Assembly: GCA_973895155.1 (NCBI GenBank)
Contig: OZ316894.1
Span: forward strand, 9,200,234-9,264,233
Direction: 5' to 3'
Source: Marsupella aquatica
Lineage: Eukaryota; Plantae; Marchantiophyta
DNA: 64,000 nt
The notes beneath the pieces are model-generated. The model saw only the letters and a list, made by a program, of their open reading frames with translations, did not search any database and was not told where the DNA came from. The position numbers and the translations under genes were made by a program. This document shows, piece by piece, positions 39,130-51,960 of this stretch. The first letter of the stretch is position 1; each line of letters starts with the position of its first letter.

Positions 39130-39610
39130 ATTGAAATGAATGTCTTTGCAATGTAGCCAGGTACAATTAGAAGATGTGTGTGTTTCTTGTGATGGATGTA
39201 TTAGTGGGGATTAGATTTAGATAGGCTAGGGGGGTAGGGGGACTTCGGCTTCTGGGAAGGACTGTGGGTAGTTGGGTACACAGTCAGGGGTCCAATTCCC
39301 CTCCGTAGTACTTGCGGCCTTGTGCAGACAATTAAGCAGCAGTATGAAGGAAGTCGAGGGCGTATGAACTATGAAGTCCCACTTGCGGTGAGGCAGACAG
39401 GATCAGGTACCACTTAACATGAGTGAGATTTTGGTGATTTGGGCGTGAGACATTCAAGCATCACATGTTTTCTTGTACTTCCCAACAGAATATAAAGTGT
39501 TGCGGGCTTGCGGCTCCTTGATCATCTTATTACCTTGTAAGCTTTCTCTACTTATACAGGGAATCAGGGAAGCAGCCAGTTCGAGACCTTAGTGAGCAGT
39601 TTACTAAGCA

Positions 39611-39934
39611 ATGGCCAGGCCGAAGGTGTGCAGGAGCAGGCGACGACAGCCAAGCCCCGAGGTCACAACGATTGCTCCAGATATGGCAGACAAGAACCTT
39701 CAGCTAGAAGTCGCCACCAAGGAGGAGCCACAAGAAGTGGTCCGTGAAGAGCCCCAACAGCGGACTCCTTGGAGTTGGGTACTTCCACAACTGAAGGCCA
39801 GGAAGAAGTTCTGCGCTACTGCAGAGATTATGCAAGATAGGAGAATGAGCTTAGACCAGGAGGCAAAGGAGAAATGGCCCAAACTTTGGAAGGCTGCGCA
39901 GGCCTTCAAACAGTCCAGGGACCCCAAGCATTAG
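39611..39934 (+). CDS. Putative second ORF inside the hAT element, 107-aa basic/charged protein of unknown function
   Basis: ATG in good context (GCAATGG); protein-like composition (basic N-terminus, acidic middle, helical W/K-rich C-terminus); upstream TATAAA (39491) and acceptor-like TTATACAG (39552-39559); downstream AATAAA (40114). Confidence 0.45.
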   Translation: MARPKVCRSRRRQPSPEVTTIAPDMADKNLQLEVATKEEPQEVVREEPQQRTPWSWVLPQLKARKKFCATAEIMQDRRMSLDQEAKEKWPKLWKAAQAFKQSRDPKH

Positions 39935-41034
39935 GCCCATGGAATTGACGGATTGGAGGAGACTGTGTGTAGAGTGTAGACCTTACAGCTTTAGAGCTTT
40001 AGAGCTTACAATAGAGCATGAAGTAGATGACACTTCAAGGGCTCAGCAATTCAGCATATAAGAGCACATTTTGTCACGGGAGCACATCTATGTTTATACA
40101 AGCCAATTTGGTCAATAAATCTATGCATTTCTCACACTTTGAGGTTTTATGAAGGATTTTGGCTTTCATTGGTGATGCTTTTTGTGTATGATCGTGGGAT
40201 GTGTGTATTTGTGTTCATGTGCTGCGCTCGGCAATTCCTAATTCGCCATCTCCCACACCAGTGCCCGTCTTGCATTAGCCACTTCGTCGACTGCGCTGAC
40301 ACCTCATTCGCCATCTCCCACTGCGCTCGGCAATTTGGATTCGCCAGTGACTGTGACTGTGGTTAACCACATTTTCCAGTAATCCACCACTTCGCTAATG
40401 TGGTTCGCCACTAAAAACTATGGTCGGCCGCTCCCAGTAGCCACCTCCCCCACCTGAACACCTGGGGAGTTCGCCAAACTGGCGAAAATTCAAAATCCTT
40501 AAAAAAATCCCTGCTTGGGGGGTTCTGGCTTGGGTTTGCTCCCAGGGGCCATCCAATTGCACCACTCCCACCCACTGGCCTCTGCATTTATGTCTCCCGG
40601 TTTGGTTCTTTGGCACAATGATAAACACGAGACCACTAAAAAAAGCAATCATGCCTTTATGGACCCCCATGGAAAATTCCTTCCAAAATCCCCGGCAGCA
40701 GTCAAATCATCACTATTGGTCACAACCCAGGAAGGTTAGTTATGCAAAAAGAATCATACATCAATATTTGTGTTTGAGACAAGTAGTTAGACCTTGTCAT
40801 TGTAAAAAAAATTGAAAAATAATATTTCAAATAAACAAAGTAAGGAGTGAAAATTGGGTAACATAAAATAACTTTTGGGTGGGTTGTGATTAATATAAGT
40901 GTTTTCCAGTAAATTGTATGAGTTTTTTTATTCAATTAGCAATTTTGAAATGACCACGCGTAGAAATGACAAATAACCACGTGTAGAAATAACCTATTCA
41001 GCTAATGTAACATTTAAAAAGGTAACATACTTAA

Positions 41035-41142
41035 AAAACCCTTTGGCCACTACGGACATAGGAATACCAAGGGAACATAAGAAACCCCTTGGCTACTATG
41101 GATAAAGGAACCAAAGGAACATAAGAAACCCTTTGGCTTCTA
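41035..41142. repeat. ~45-bp tandem repeat (AAACCCTTTGGCYACTAYGGA..ACCAAGGGAACATAAG), ~2.5 copies
   Basis: Directly visible. Confidence 0.8.
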
Positions 41143-42757
41143 TAATATTTACGGACCCCCATTAGGGGTCTTTTCCAAAATTCCTGGCTCCACAGCGCAC
41201 CACATCATCATGGCACGTTGCAAACAAAAAGAGACTTGTTTTTGGATAGAATTAACTTCTGCATTCATGTTTGTGGTAACTTTGCTGTAAAAACTGGCAC
41301 GCCATGCTGTAAAAAAGAATGTAATAAAAATTGACATACAAATCAAAAGACAAAAAGATTGCAGTAAAAATGCTCCTAGTAACAGTTTTATTTACATTTT
41401 GATTTTATTCAAAGCATGAAATTTTCCCGGCAGCAATTTTTATTTGACATTACTGAGTCAAATCATAATGAAAACTCATGTATAATATGGCGTTGGAAAT
41501 ATCTTGAAGAGATGGTCCTAATGAGCTCAGCACTATCACCATTCAATAAGAATTGAGTAAGTAATAAAATAGATTTTACCCGTGATTTTATAATCTCTAA
41601 CGTGAATAGAAACCTTTGTTGTACAACCCCTTAAATGTTGACCCCTTCCATGAGAATGAACCTAAAATTGACAGATATTATCAAGTAGTAAGGAGATTAT
41701 GAATTGTAGAATTTTTTTAGCTTTTTAATGAACCTTAACATTGATAAATTTAGTTGAGTTTTGAGGAGATTATAAGTTTCCAATGTTCTCTAACTTTCAA
41801 ATGAGTGTGACAGTAGTTCATACTACAACTGGTTTTGTGATTGATGTTAATTATGGTTGCCTTGTTAAGCTTGGCAAATGTTTCAAGTGTCAATCAAATA
41901 TTGACTTGTCCATTTTTGCATTTTTTTCTTTAGAATTGGAGATCCATCTAGGCTTCAGTTTCTAGATAACTGTCTCTAAAATAACATGGGGGTCCACGGA
42001 TTAAATTGCATGGACTCTACTATTGGAATGTTACATAGACTCTATGGACATAGGAGTACCAATAGAACTTTGTGCATGGAATACCACCATGAATAACCCC
42101 CTCTTTTTTCCTCTCATCTCCAAGTTCAAGCCTGTTCCAATATGCAACTCTTCATGTGCTCTAACTTGTTGATTAACATCAAACTTACATAACCAAGCGG
42201 CCCTCAAACAAATTCGTTCTCACAGTCTGTCTATTGAGTCTCATTCCGGCAAGAAGGCTCTCTCCCCATTGTATTGGGGTTGACATTTTCCGAGTACTCT
42301 CCCTGCAGCTCACACACTCCCTGAAATCCAGTTGCCAGGCCAACTTTCAGAATCCCTGCTTTGTTCGAGTGTCTGACCATCTCACTTATGCTCAGCAATG
42401 TACACTTTTTTCTCAGCATCACTAACTATCAACAATAATCTCAATAATTGGGTTATTGGGAAAAGAGATGTTTGATTGATGTGATATTCTAATCTTATAA
42501 AATTTATATCAAATACAATAGTTATTATGAAGATAGGGGAGTGAATCATTCATCATGCACCAAATATATCAATAACAAAAAACAGCAATGAGCTCATAAG
42601 AAGCCACTTTAATAGAAGTGATTTCTTTTATTTTTGGAAAGACAGAAAACCCCCCAAGTGAATTAATTTCTGGCGAGATTATTTCAAGATGCTGTCCCTG
42701 CCCTAGGGACAAACCAAAAGGAGAAGTGAGGTCACAAGAATCCAACTATTTCAACAT

Positions 42758-43095
42758 GCCACTGTTCATTTGCCTATGTGAATAGTTGGCCTATTATCCT
42801 GGCTCAACCCCACTCACTTCCCAGACACCTTCTTCGGTGATTTCTCAAAAGCTATGAACTATTCTAAGATGCTATTTTTTGTTTTTTGTTTTTCGTTTTT
42901 CGTTTTTGTTCCTTTGCACTGGAATATATGCTTGGAACAAAGATCTCATAAAGAACTATGATTTTGCGGCTAGGTCACCCTAATGGTGAACTAATGAAAT
43001 GACACTGATACTAAAATTTTCCAAAATAAGGAATAGACTTATTTCATACACATATGGACAATTCTACAGTAAGTGAAATGAGTATTGTGAGTTAC
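42758..43095 (+). repeat. Dispersed repeat, second copy at ~50553-50800
   Basis: Shared GCCACTGTTCATTTGC, CCCACTCACTTCC, GGTGATTT..TATGAACTAT, ATGGTGAACTAATGA and GTGAAATGAG blocks. Confidence 0.7.
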
Positions 43096-43265
43096 CAGGA
43101 GTAATTTGCATGGGAACTCGTGGTTTAATAGCCAGGGGGTTTGGCTTGAGTTTCTTCTAACAGGGCATCCACTACCATGCATAAGGAGGGGCTTTATAAG
43201 AACTAGCAGCCGAGAAGTCTGTAATTCAAGACTGAGATCATGCCATCCAAATGAGGAATACACCC

Positions 43266-46200
43266 CGGAATACACTTGGTGGGAGACCCTTGCCAGAAAA
43301 GTTTTGCTTTCAATGGACCCCAATGAAACTTTTGTTACACACTAGGCCCCTTTGACACTTTTTTTCTTAGATGTTCTTCTAACAATTTTTATAAGGTCTT
43401 TTGCTTGACACTATCACCAATAACAACTACTGGGAAAATTCAGGACAACCGTGTGGTAACCACAAACTGCATGGCCAGAAACTATGCTCAATTGTCTTGG
43501 ACCCACAAAGTACATGATTGGGGGGGAACCGCAGAATACTGGCCGCCGCTACCTGAAGTGCAGTGTAACTGAAGTGACGATGACATTATTCATGTCTTCA
43601 GGTTTGAAATGATTGATTAAACATGTCGACCGTACCGCAGTTGTCAACAGGTTACTCTCACCCAAGCCGTGCACAAGGTTTTTACATCTTTCTGAGGTTT
43701 GTCTTAGTTTGTCCTGCTTCTTTCCGTGTGTGTCTACTGGAAGGAGGCTAGCCAGTGGTTTTCCTATGTGGGTGTGGGTTCTGTCTTCCACTAGGCAAAC
43801 CCAAAATTGTCTAAATATGGAAGGAACCCAAGATCCTCTACTTTCAATGGCGGTTTCCCCTGTTGCAACATTCAGACTACGTTCAAGTCTAGAAAGAAGA
43901 AATATGGATGTTGTCGTCCACTATGCCCTCTTTCACTAGGCAATGTCTAAGTGTGGATGGAACCAAGGATCCTCTACTTTTAACTGTTTGCCTGTGCTGC
44001 AACATTCAAGAATTGTCCAAGTGTACATTGAAAACCACATACTCTACTTTCAGGCCTTTGACCTTGCTGCAACATTCAAAACTGTAGTGGCAGAAACCCT
44101 AAATCATCTTGTAGGGGTGGATCCCCTATAGTAAGCCCTATAATCATGTAAAGACATAATGCATTTATTGCATCTTCAAGCATACACGTACACATCAGTA
44201 GCCCAATTGGAACCCTATGGCATATATGCTACATTTTTGGGCAGTTGGGATGGCACATGGTGGACTATCCGAGGTGCACGGTGGACTACAGTGGGAAATG
44301 CCCAGTGGAATATGCAGTTAGGCACCACACAAGAACCATACCCAATGGCGCCAAGCTTGGAGTCAAAGTAACTCTGAAGAAGCAGATTGTCAAGGGCAAA
44401 GAACACCTCCCCACTGCTCAATGATAGACAACCTCAACATTGCTAGTTGGAATGTCAATGTCCTGGGGGACCCCAATCAATCTCGGATTCTAGGCAATTA
44501 GCTCCATCAAGTTCAGCCTGACATCCATGTAGTGTGTCTTTGGGAATGTAAGACTCACCAAATAATTGAGACTTTCAACTTTCTCATGCTGCTTGCTGGG
44601 ACTTTTGTGGTGGATTACGGGGTTGATGGACAAGCGGGAGCTGCTGTTGTCACGCTAGCTTCAGTCCAGATACTTGACCAAGGTTGTAAGGGCAATGCCA
44701 CCTTTGCTTGGGTTACCCTTCACACCAGCAAAAGCCCTCTTAGCCTAGGGTCCATTTATGCACTCACTGGTCTTGGGGCTTGGAATTGGCGCAAGTTGTT
44801 GTGGGATTGGCTAAGCCTCAAGGTCACTCAAGGAAACTGGGTGGTAATATGGTTGAACAACCGGGTGACTCAATTGGTCCTAGCCCTCTCATCCATGATA
44901 GTGATAGTCAAAAGTGGGCATGGCTTATTGATCATGATGACATGGTCGACACCTACTTTTGTGATGCGATTAGGAAGGGGCCCATATTCACTTGTCAAGC
45001 CCTTCAAGGGTCGTGTTTTGATCAGGCCCGGTTGGATCAAATTTATAGTAAAAATGTGGCTAAATGGTGCTCAATCATTCGCCAAATTGATCATGATGAT
45101 CGGCAAATCCTGTCTGATCATCTCTGCGTTCTTGTGACCTTTGCCTTGCAGGATATCAACATTGCCACCCCTACCCGGAAGTTCAGCTATTTCAAGATGG
45201 ATGCAACACTTCTTCACAAGCCTGAGGTCATGGAACAAGCTTGTTAGATGCTAGTGATGTTGCTTAATATTCAAAAGACTGGGTATAAGCAACTTGAAAA
45301 GATCTGCCGTACTTTGTTGTGGCCCATAATCTAGAAGGTGCTAATGAAAAAACTCTTGTTGTTTGGGACACTATCTCCTGCCCTTGTGACAGAGGGGGGT
45401 TACTGTAGCTCTCCGACAGTTTGAGCTTCAGTCTCAAGCATGTAAGATGAGGAGCCTCACCAACGGGCTCACCAAGCTTCTCACTGGATTTGACACCGCA
45501 TGGGGTTGACCATCACTGGGGTCTGAAAGTTGCTTTTGCTCCTACTGTAAATTCCATGCTTAGGGGTTGGGAGTCTGCTCATCGCAAGCTTGATTTTCAT
45601 CCCGGTGATGGAAAAATCCCCACTTACCTCTCATTTGACCAACTTTTTTTTTGTTTGGAGAGTGATATGAATGTCACCAAGAGGGAGTTGCGCGATTGTA
45701 AAAGTTTCTTGGCTACTAGGCAGATCCACACACTGGCGGATCTTATCACCAATGATCAGGGTTGGAAAACCGTTGACCAGATACAGGTTGTGCTTCATCA
45801 ATTCATTAGGAGCATGAAATTGCAGCTCGGGTTGCAACTGCTACCACATCTCCTTGCTTTATTGAACATCTCCAAGGGGTGCACAGAGGGGCTTTTGCAT
45901 AATTCTGATGGGTGGACATGGACATGGCTGACGGAAGCTAATAAAGGGTGGAATCTTCTAACCAAACCTGGGCCACCATCTTGCAACAACCTATGCCTCC
46001 CATTACACAACTCAGTTGCTGGTGGGTCTATCTTGATTCTCATGTGATCTGGAGGAGTTGGTGGATTCATCTCTAGAAAGGTTTGTCCTCTCCTAGTGTT
46101 AAGCTAGATTTTTTGGAAGGTACTTCAAGCTAGGTTTTTCTCCAATTCTCGTGCTCTTAAATGGACTGGAGTGGAAGGGTTGAACATATGTTCTATGATT

Positions 46201-46974
46201 GCTATTAACTTTGCCCACAATGGATGCAACTGGAGCACACTGCCGTGGGCACTAATCTGAACAAGTGAAGGCTACTCTTTCTTGGTAACCTTGATACTGC
46301 AATTAAGTCCCAAAAATGCAACTCTTGCTTCCTTCTACTCATTCACATGATGATTTGCAACATCTGGCTTGAGTGCTGCCATTGCACTTTCCAAGCTAAC
46401 TTTGCTTGGTTCCTATTGCATCTCATTCTCCATGGAGCAGTAACTGTTCATGCTACCCTTCACCAAAATAGTAGTGTACAGAAGGCTCGGCGGTTGAGTT
46501 GGACACTCAGCAACATCACTGCTATGATTGAAAGGGAAATGCGGTGACAATACTCTCCCTCTAGTCCTATTTTTTGGGACTCTGACTTGTTGTTACCTGT
46601 AGGACAGCCAACTCCTCTCTTGGGAGGTACTTTGTTTCAGGCCTTGTGCCTTTTTTGGGGCGGTTGGCCCTTGTTTTTGCCTGCCATTCTGGTGTGTGTG
46701 GTGATTGTAGGATCCTTTAGGTGGGTTTTACCCCCTTTGAGTGTGGTTCTTGTGCGATTTGGCCCTTTGGGTTTGTTGTTCTTTGTGCCCTGGTGGTCTT
46801 TGCTGCGGTGGCCTCTGGAATAAACGGGCGCTCTCCTGGCCTTCATTTTTAAAAGAAGAAGAAGAAGAAGCATACCCAAGGGACCTACGTAGGGGGCCTT
46901 GTTTGTAACAAAAGCCTTTTGGGGGCCCATCATGTAATGTTTTTTTGACAGGGGTACCATCAAGCATATACCTC
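43266..46974. mobile_element. Mutator-like non-autonomous element (same family as 9196-9766) interrupted by a LINE
   Basis: 43300-43830 is colinear with 9240-9665 (GAAACTTTTGTT..CTAGGCCCC, TATCACCAATAA, TTCATGTCTTCA, AAAATTGTC..GGAAGGAA). Right end 46881-46974 matches 9672-9766 and ends AAGCATATACCTC. Confidence 0.7.
44346..46864 (+). mobile_element. 5'-truncated, internally deleted L1/Tx1-type LINE (degenerate ORF2)
   Basis: 15-bp TSD AAGAA(C/G)CATACCCAA (44331-44345 and 46865-46879); (GAA)n tail. ORF2 endonuclease start MIDNLNIASWNVN at 44421, RLDQIY and SDH motifs, then post-RT motif LVVWDTISCPCDRGGL. Many stops and frameshifts. Confidence 0.85.
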
Positions 46975-48556
46975 CCATCCCAACCATTAATCTAAGGTGG
47001 CTAACTCTAGAAGACTTACGGCGGCCATTTCAGCATTGGTTTGCCAATGGCCCAGCCCATGGTAGGATCCGACGAGTAAAGGCTGAATGGTGACCTGTAC
47101 AATGCTTTTGTGACCAACATTTCAACCAATCTTGTCCACTTGGTCTCTTGGAACCCACCGCAGGTCCCTCCATTTGTCATTTACCTGGAGGCTAGACCAT
47201 TTGTCATTTGCCTGGAGGCTAGATTTTAGGCTGAAAATGGTCCACTCGATTCGGTCTGGGAAAAGTACTGATGTCTGTCCTCTCATTCTTGTAAAGCCCG
47301 CCTTAGGGAAGCAAAAAATATCAATGAGGTCATAAGAAGCCAACCACTTTTTTTGTGACACAATAATTTATTGTCCGCAATAGAGTAATGTGGCCAAGGT
47401 TGGGAGGAGACACCTAATGGGAAGGGGCTTCATCCTGAGACAAAGCCATCCACTTTATGAACTAGTATAGGGTTCTTGGCTATGGTTTCCTTCGAGAAGG
47501 GCATCCACTTGCCACTTCCATGGCTCAGGAGAGGGAAAAAATAGCAACGGGTTCATAAGAAGCCAACCACTTTATTGGCTGAATTTAATTATGTATGATG
47601 GGGTTCAGAAAATGCCTCGCGGTATTTGCACATCAAAAAGCAATTGCATACGGTGTATTGTGCTATGTGGCAAGTGCCCACAAGTTGAATGGACTTTCCA
47701 GACCAGGATAAACCCAATTGTTTTTTTTAATATCAGTGAGAGTTGTCTCTGTCCGACATTTGCTTTTTGATGTGCAGTTACCATGGCCCTCATAAAATAG
47801 CCCCAGCAAGTATTGTGTGAATAAACAATAGTCTCTCTCTAGGGGTGTACTCTATAAATGAAAAAACCTGCTAACTGCAAGGTGTCTAGCTCTTCATCTT
47901 GTTTTAGGTGGAGTTTGCACTTTCTTGCAACCATTTGTAACTGCAAAAAGGTAGGACCAACTTTTGCTAAATGACACCTTGAGAAGTGAAAAACCTTGAT
48001 AAGTGTACAATTTAGGACTGGAGTCACAAGAATGGTCAGCGAAAAAGGGACCATTGCACACGGAGGCACTGTAGCTCATCCTGATAAATGCACAATTCCA
48101 TGGTTTTGCATTTATCACATAGTACAAACCCAAGTTAGGTGCACATCAGACACTTATTCGCGGGAGGGTGCAGTAAGAGAGATGACTGTATTGTCAAAAT
48201 AAAATAAACTGTATATATTAGCTGAACATGTTGTGACCATATAACTTTGGGTCACTGGCCTTTTAACTAGGTGCTTTGGCTATGGTTTCCTTCAACAAAA
48301 GTATCCACTTGCGTGCCTGAGGCAAAAAGTAAGAGTAGCAATGTGTTCATACGAAGGCAACAACTTTATTAACTAGTCACGTGCTGTCCCTTGAAGATGC
48401 CTCATGGCATCCACCGTTGTCCAAAATGTGACATGGATCTTTGTAACATGGATGGAATCTCAACAAAGGTGTAAATGTGCTCCAGTAATATTATTTATGA
48501 CTTTTCTAGAGTTTTTCTTTCATTTATACACTGTTGCCTTTCAGATTGTATCCAGC

Positions 48557-48570
48557 TTTAGGGTTTAGGG
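48557..48570 (+). repeat. Two plant telomere units (TTTAGGG)2, interstitial
   Basis: TTTAGGGTTTAGGG is visible; it may be chance. Confidence 0.3.
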
Positions 48571-49109
48571 ATGTCGGACAACCTTACATGATGTGCGAGC
48601 ATTATTTCCATGGTATTCCTTTGTTTTCCCAAAAAATACATCACAAGATGTATAGATATTATTTGTGCATAATATCTATCTGATAAAGTGCAATCAAAAG
48701 CTAGTATAAGGGCCAATGGTCTAGAGTGGAACCTCTAGACTGCGATTATGGGGGCACAGCTAAAGCTGAGGGTGGAACTGGAAACAGGCATGATGACACC
48801 TGCCATCTATTTACAAGCAAAGGCCAATAATCAGGCTAGGAAGTATCTAAAATACCTTGCCTCCAAAAACATAAAAATTGAAAAATACCTTGCCTCCAAA
48901 TGCACATCCATGGTATATTGATAGGGATTTTCTTTTGTCATGTGTAGGAACAGGCTCATGGGTCCGCGTGTTTCCACCAGAGTTCAGGAGGGGCTCTGCT
49001 CAATTGCATGCTCCACAGCAGCCTGGAGGTCAAGAGCTAGTTTGCTGCATGTGTCTTTCTGGCAATGAAGGCAATTCTAAGCATGGATCAAGAAGAGCCA
49101 ACAGTGCAT

Positions 49110-49390
49110 CTACAAATCTTACTTATAAATTTGCAATTACAAGTTAGAGTTGGGGCCTAGGCTTCTAGAGTGAAGCCTCTAGACAGCAACTCCATGGCTC
49201 ATCATGTGGAATGATGAGAAAACTGATGTCTACATGTATGTCAAATGATAATCATGCTTCTTTTTGTTATGATTTCTATTTATATTAAAAACTGATCTCT
49301 ATGGCCCCACCATATTATATGTGCATAAGTGAGATGTAGATAAAAAAAACTAGGGATGTGCATAGAAAAGAGTACTATGGTATATTATGT
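49110..49390 (-). repeat. Dispersed hairpin-repeat family copy (inverted relative to 13280 and 51570)
   Basis: CTTCTAGAG-TGAAGC-CTCTAGAC core; flanks match the reverse complement of 51570-51960. Confidence 0.7.
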
Positions 49391-49572
49391 CTGATTATTA
49401 AAATGATGATATGTATGATAATTTTTTTTTTTATTTCATTAACCTTCAAAATATGTGAATAAGGAATATATTTTGGTGACATTTTTATTATCCTCCCCGC
49501 TATTCATGTTCAAAGAACGGGTAGTTGGGGCTAGTCTATATAATAAAACAGGGCACTCATGTAATGAAGGGT

Positions 49573-49752
49573 GACTAGGATTTTCCAGTAGACCAAAGTG
49601 GTTTGGATCCAAACCAAAATCCAAATTTAGGATTTACCAACAAAATCTTGGTTCTAGGATTTTCGAGTAAACCATAGTGGTTTGGGTCCAAACCAAGATC
49701 CAAATGACCAAATCTAGGATTTACCAACAAAATCTTGGTTTGGATTCAAACC
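49573..49752. repeat. ~80-bp tandem duplication (CTAGGATTTT..GTGGTTTGG..CCAAACCAA..GGATTTACCAACAAAATCTTGGTT)
   Basis: Two visible copies plus a partial third. Confidence 0.8.
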
Positions 49753-51569
49753 TTTTACATGAATGTTCTGATTGGGAGCAATTAAATGGATGACTAATAG
49801 ACACATACTGGGGAAGCTTCTGAGGAAGGGACTATGGGTGTTCCAGGTGGTGGTTGGCTGCTCAAAGGTTGGGATTGTGTTGGACACTTCGGGAAAGTAT
49901 TTGGGTAGAGGAGAACCAGTTTAGAGTTTCGAATCATGATTGGTTGGTTCAAGGGTTTGGGAAGTATTGGACACTTGGGAAACTGTTGGGGAAAGCACCA
50001 GGAAATTAGTGGCTCGAGTGTGTCTAGGCTACCTATATCCAAGCCAGAAAAAGGAGTCAAGCTAGTTTTCTTTATATGTCACTGCATTTTCAAGTTGATC
50101 ACATATTCATGCCATTGGCACTTGACTGAGCTAGTACAGGAAAAGGAAGACTGCCGACAGTGAGCTCCATTATGATTTGGACACTCCCATGAATTATTTC
50201 AATTCTAACAAATGGCTTTTTTGAGCTTGCAACTTGGTGAAATACATCCTCCTAGGCAATATAGAATTCTGCACTTTCAGAATAAGCAATTATAGAGGTC
50301 ACCCCTGCACCAAAAGTCTGCAAGAGTTTCTTTAGTTGAAGTAAGTGGAACCATAGTAGACTTTTCCTACGTCACAAAGGTTGGTGTTTATCAAGGATGC
50401 CTTGACATGGTGGGCTCCTGAACTGATTTTAGCATCAATTTATGTTGCTCCAGTATTTTGTGGTGGAGAGATAAGATTTTCTAGGAAAGCTAGCTGACTT
50501 CTATAAAGGTAAACCCACAGCTGTCACTATAAAATGGCCCTACCCCTAACCAGCCACTGTTCATTTGCTTAAACAGTGTACCTATGCTGCCGGCTTCTCC
50601 CACTCACTTCCACCATCGGACCCTCATACCCTAAAAGCCCCTTCTGGTGATTTGTTAAAAAATATGAACTATCGGTAGATGTCATTTTTTGTGGAACCTA
50701 TATCTACATTTGAGCCATAGATTGCGCCTATGGTGAACTAATGAGATGACAATAAGACATGCTCTTTTGTATATGTGAAATGAGCACTATGGGTTGTTAA
50801 CTAAGCCTTAAACTTTATAGCGGAACTTGCGGTTCAAATGATCACATTTATGATTACTACTGCAAAGTTGGTTCCTATCATTGCAGATATGTTGCAGATT
50901 AAATCAATGAAAAAGAAACTCAAATGGACGATGGAGCTTGAGAAGGAACTGAGGTGAACCACCACAACACTACTTGATGGCCCTGGCACACTACTTTTTG
51001 TTCAAACACTATCTTCTGTTGTACAAGGACATGTTTTGCTATCAAAAGATATTTAATCTGAGTGGTTCTGACCAACAGCTTAGAGGGCTTTGCATGAATG
51101 ACCCGCCAGAAACTTCTTCCTTCTTTTAGACTGAGATTTCATCCCAGCCATTAGTTAGTGTAATTGGTCGCTGTGGACTATAGAAGAGTTCTGGCAGCCG
51201 TTTGAACTCAGGTTAACCGGACCTACATGGCAGGTAGTGGGTCCCAATGAGTCTCAAAGTGAACACTGTTTTTGCGACCAAAATTTAGACCACCTGACAA
51301 GGGGACTAAAGTTTTGGTTGCTCTGTCTCTTGGATTGGATGGATTGTGTTCCGGTTACCAGCCCCTCCAAGTTGAGGCATGCCTGGAAGCCTAGATTTAT
51401 GCCAAAACTGACGCACTGGTTTAGGCCTCAGAAAAAAATGACCTGGAAGCCTAGATTTAAGCCAAAACTAACCCATTTGATTTGGGAAAAGTATGACTGT
51501 CCATGAGGTCATGCTTGCAAACTACCTTTAGGCTTGACTAGCCCCGATTAACACTTCTTTGAACATGAA

Positions 51570-51960
51570 TAGAGAGGATGACAATAAAAATACTCTTGTC
51601 TATGCTCATTTCTCTTTCTATGCAGATATGTTGTGATGGGGACATAAAAACCCCTTTTTTAATGTAAATAAAAATCATGATAACATGCATGATGTCACTT
51701 GACATACATCTGGTCCTGAGTTCTCCCATTCAATCATGAATTCTCCCATTCCCATGATGAGTCATGGAATTATGTTCTAGAGACTTCACTCTAAAAGCCT
51801 AGGTCATAACTCTAGTTTATAGTTGATGCGTTCTAAATAAATCACTCTAAAAGTCCAGGACACAACTCTAGCTTATAGTTAACACTTTATAAATAAATCA
51901 CTCTAAAAGCTTAGGCCACAACTCTAGCTTATAGTTGACCCTATATAAGTAAAATTTAAG
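51570..51960 (+). repeat. Dispersed hairpin-repeat family copy with an internal ~55-bp triplication (CACTCTAAAAG..AACTCTAGYTTATAGTT)
   Basis: Matches 13280-13455; three tandem subunits at ~51788, 51843, 51899. Confidence 0.75.

Larger units (their letters stand above)
35580..40513 (+). mobile_element. Full-length hAT-superfamily DNA transposon (4934 bp)
   Basis: Perfect 8-bp TSD CTTGGGGG (35572-35579 and 40514-40521); 16-bp imperfect TIRs CAGGGTTTTTTTTTAG / CTTAAAAAAATCCCTG; many subterminal TCGCCA/TGGCGA/CATTAGCC motifs at both ends; internal transposase. Confidence 0.95.

Noticed and set aside
44532-46547. ORFs of 155-201 aa as host genes
   Set aside because: They are frameshifted fragments of the degenerate LINE ORF2.
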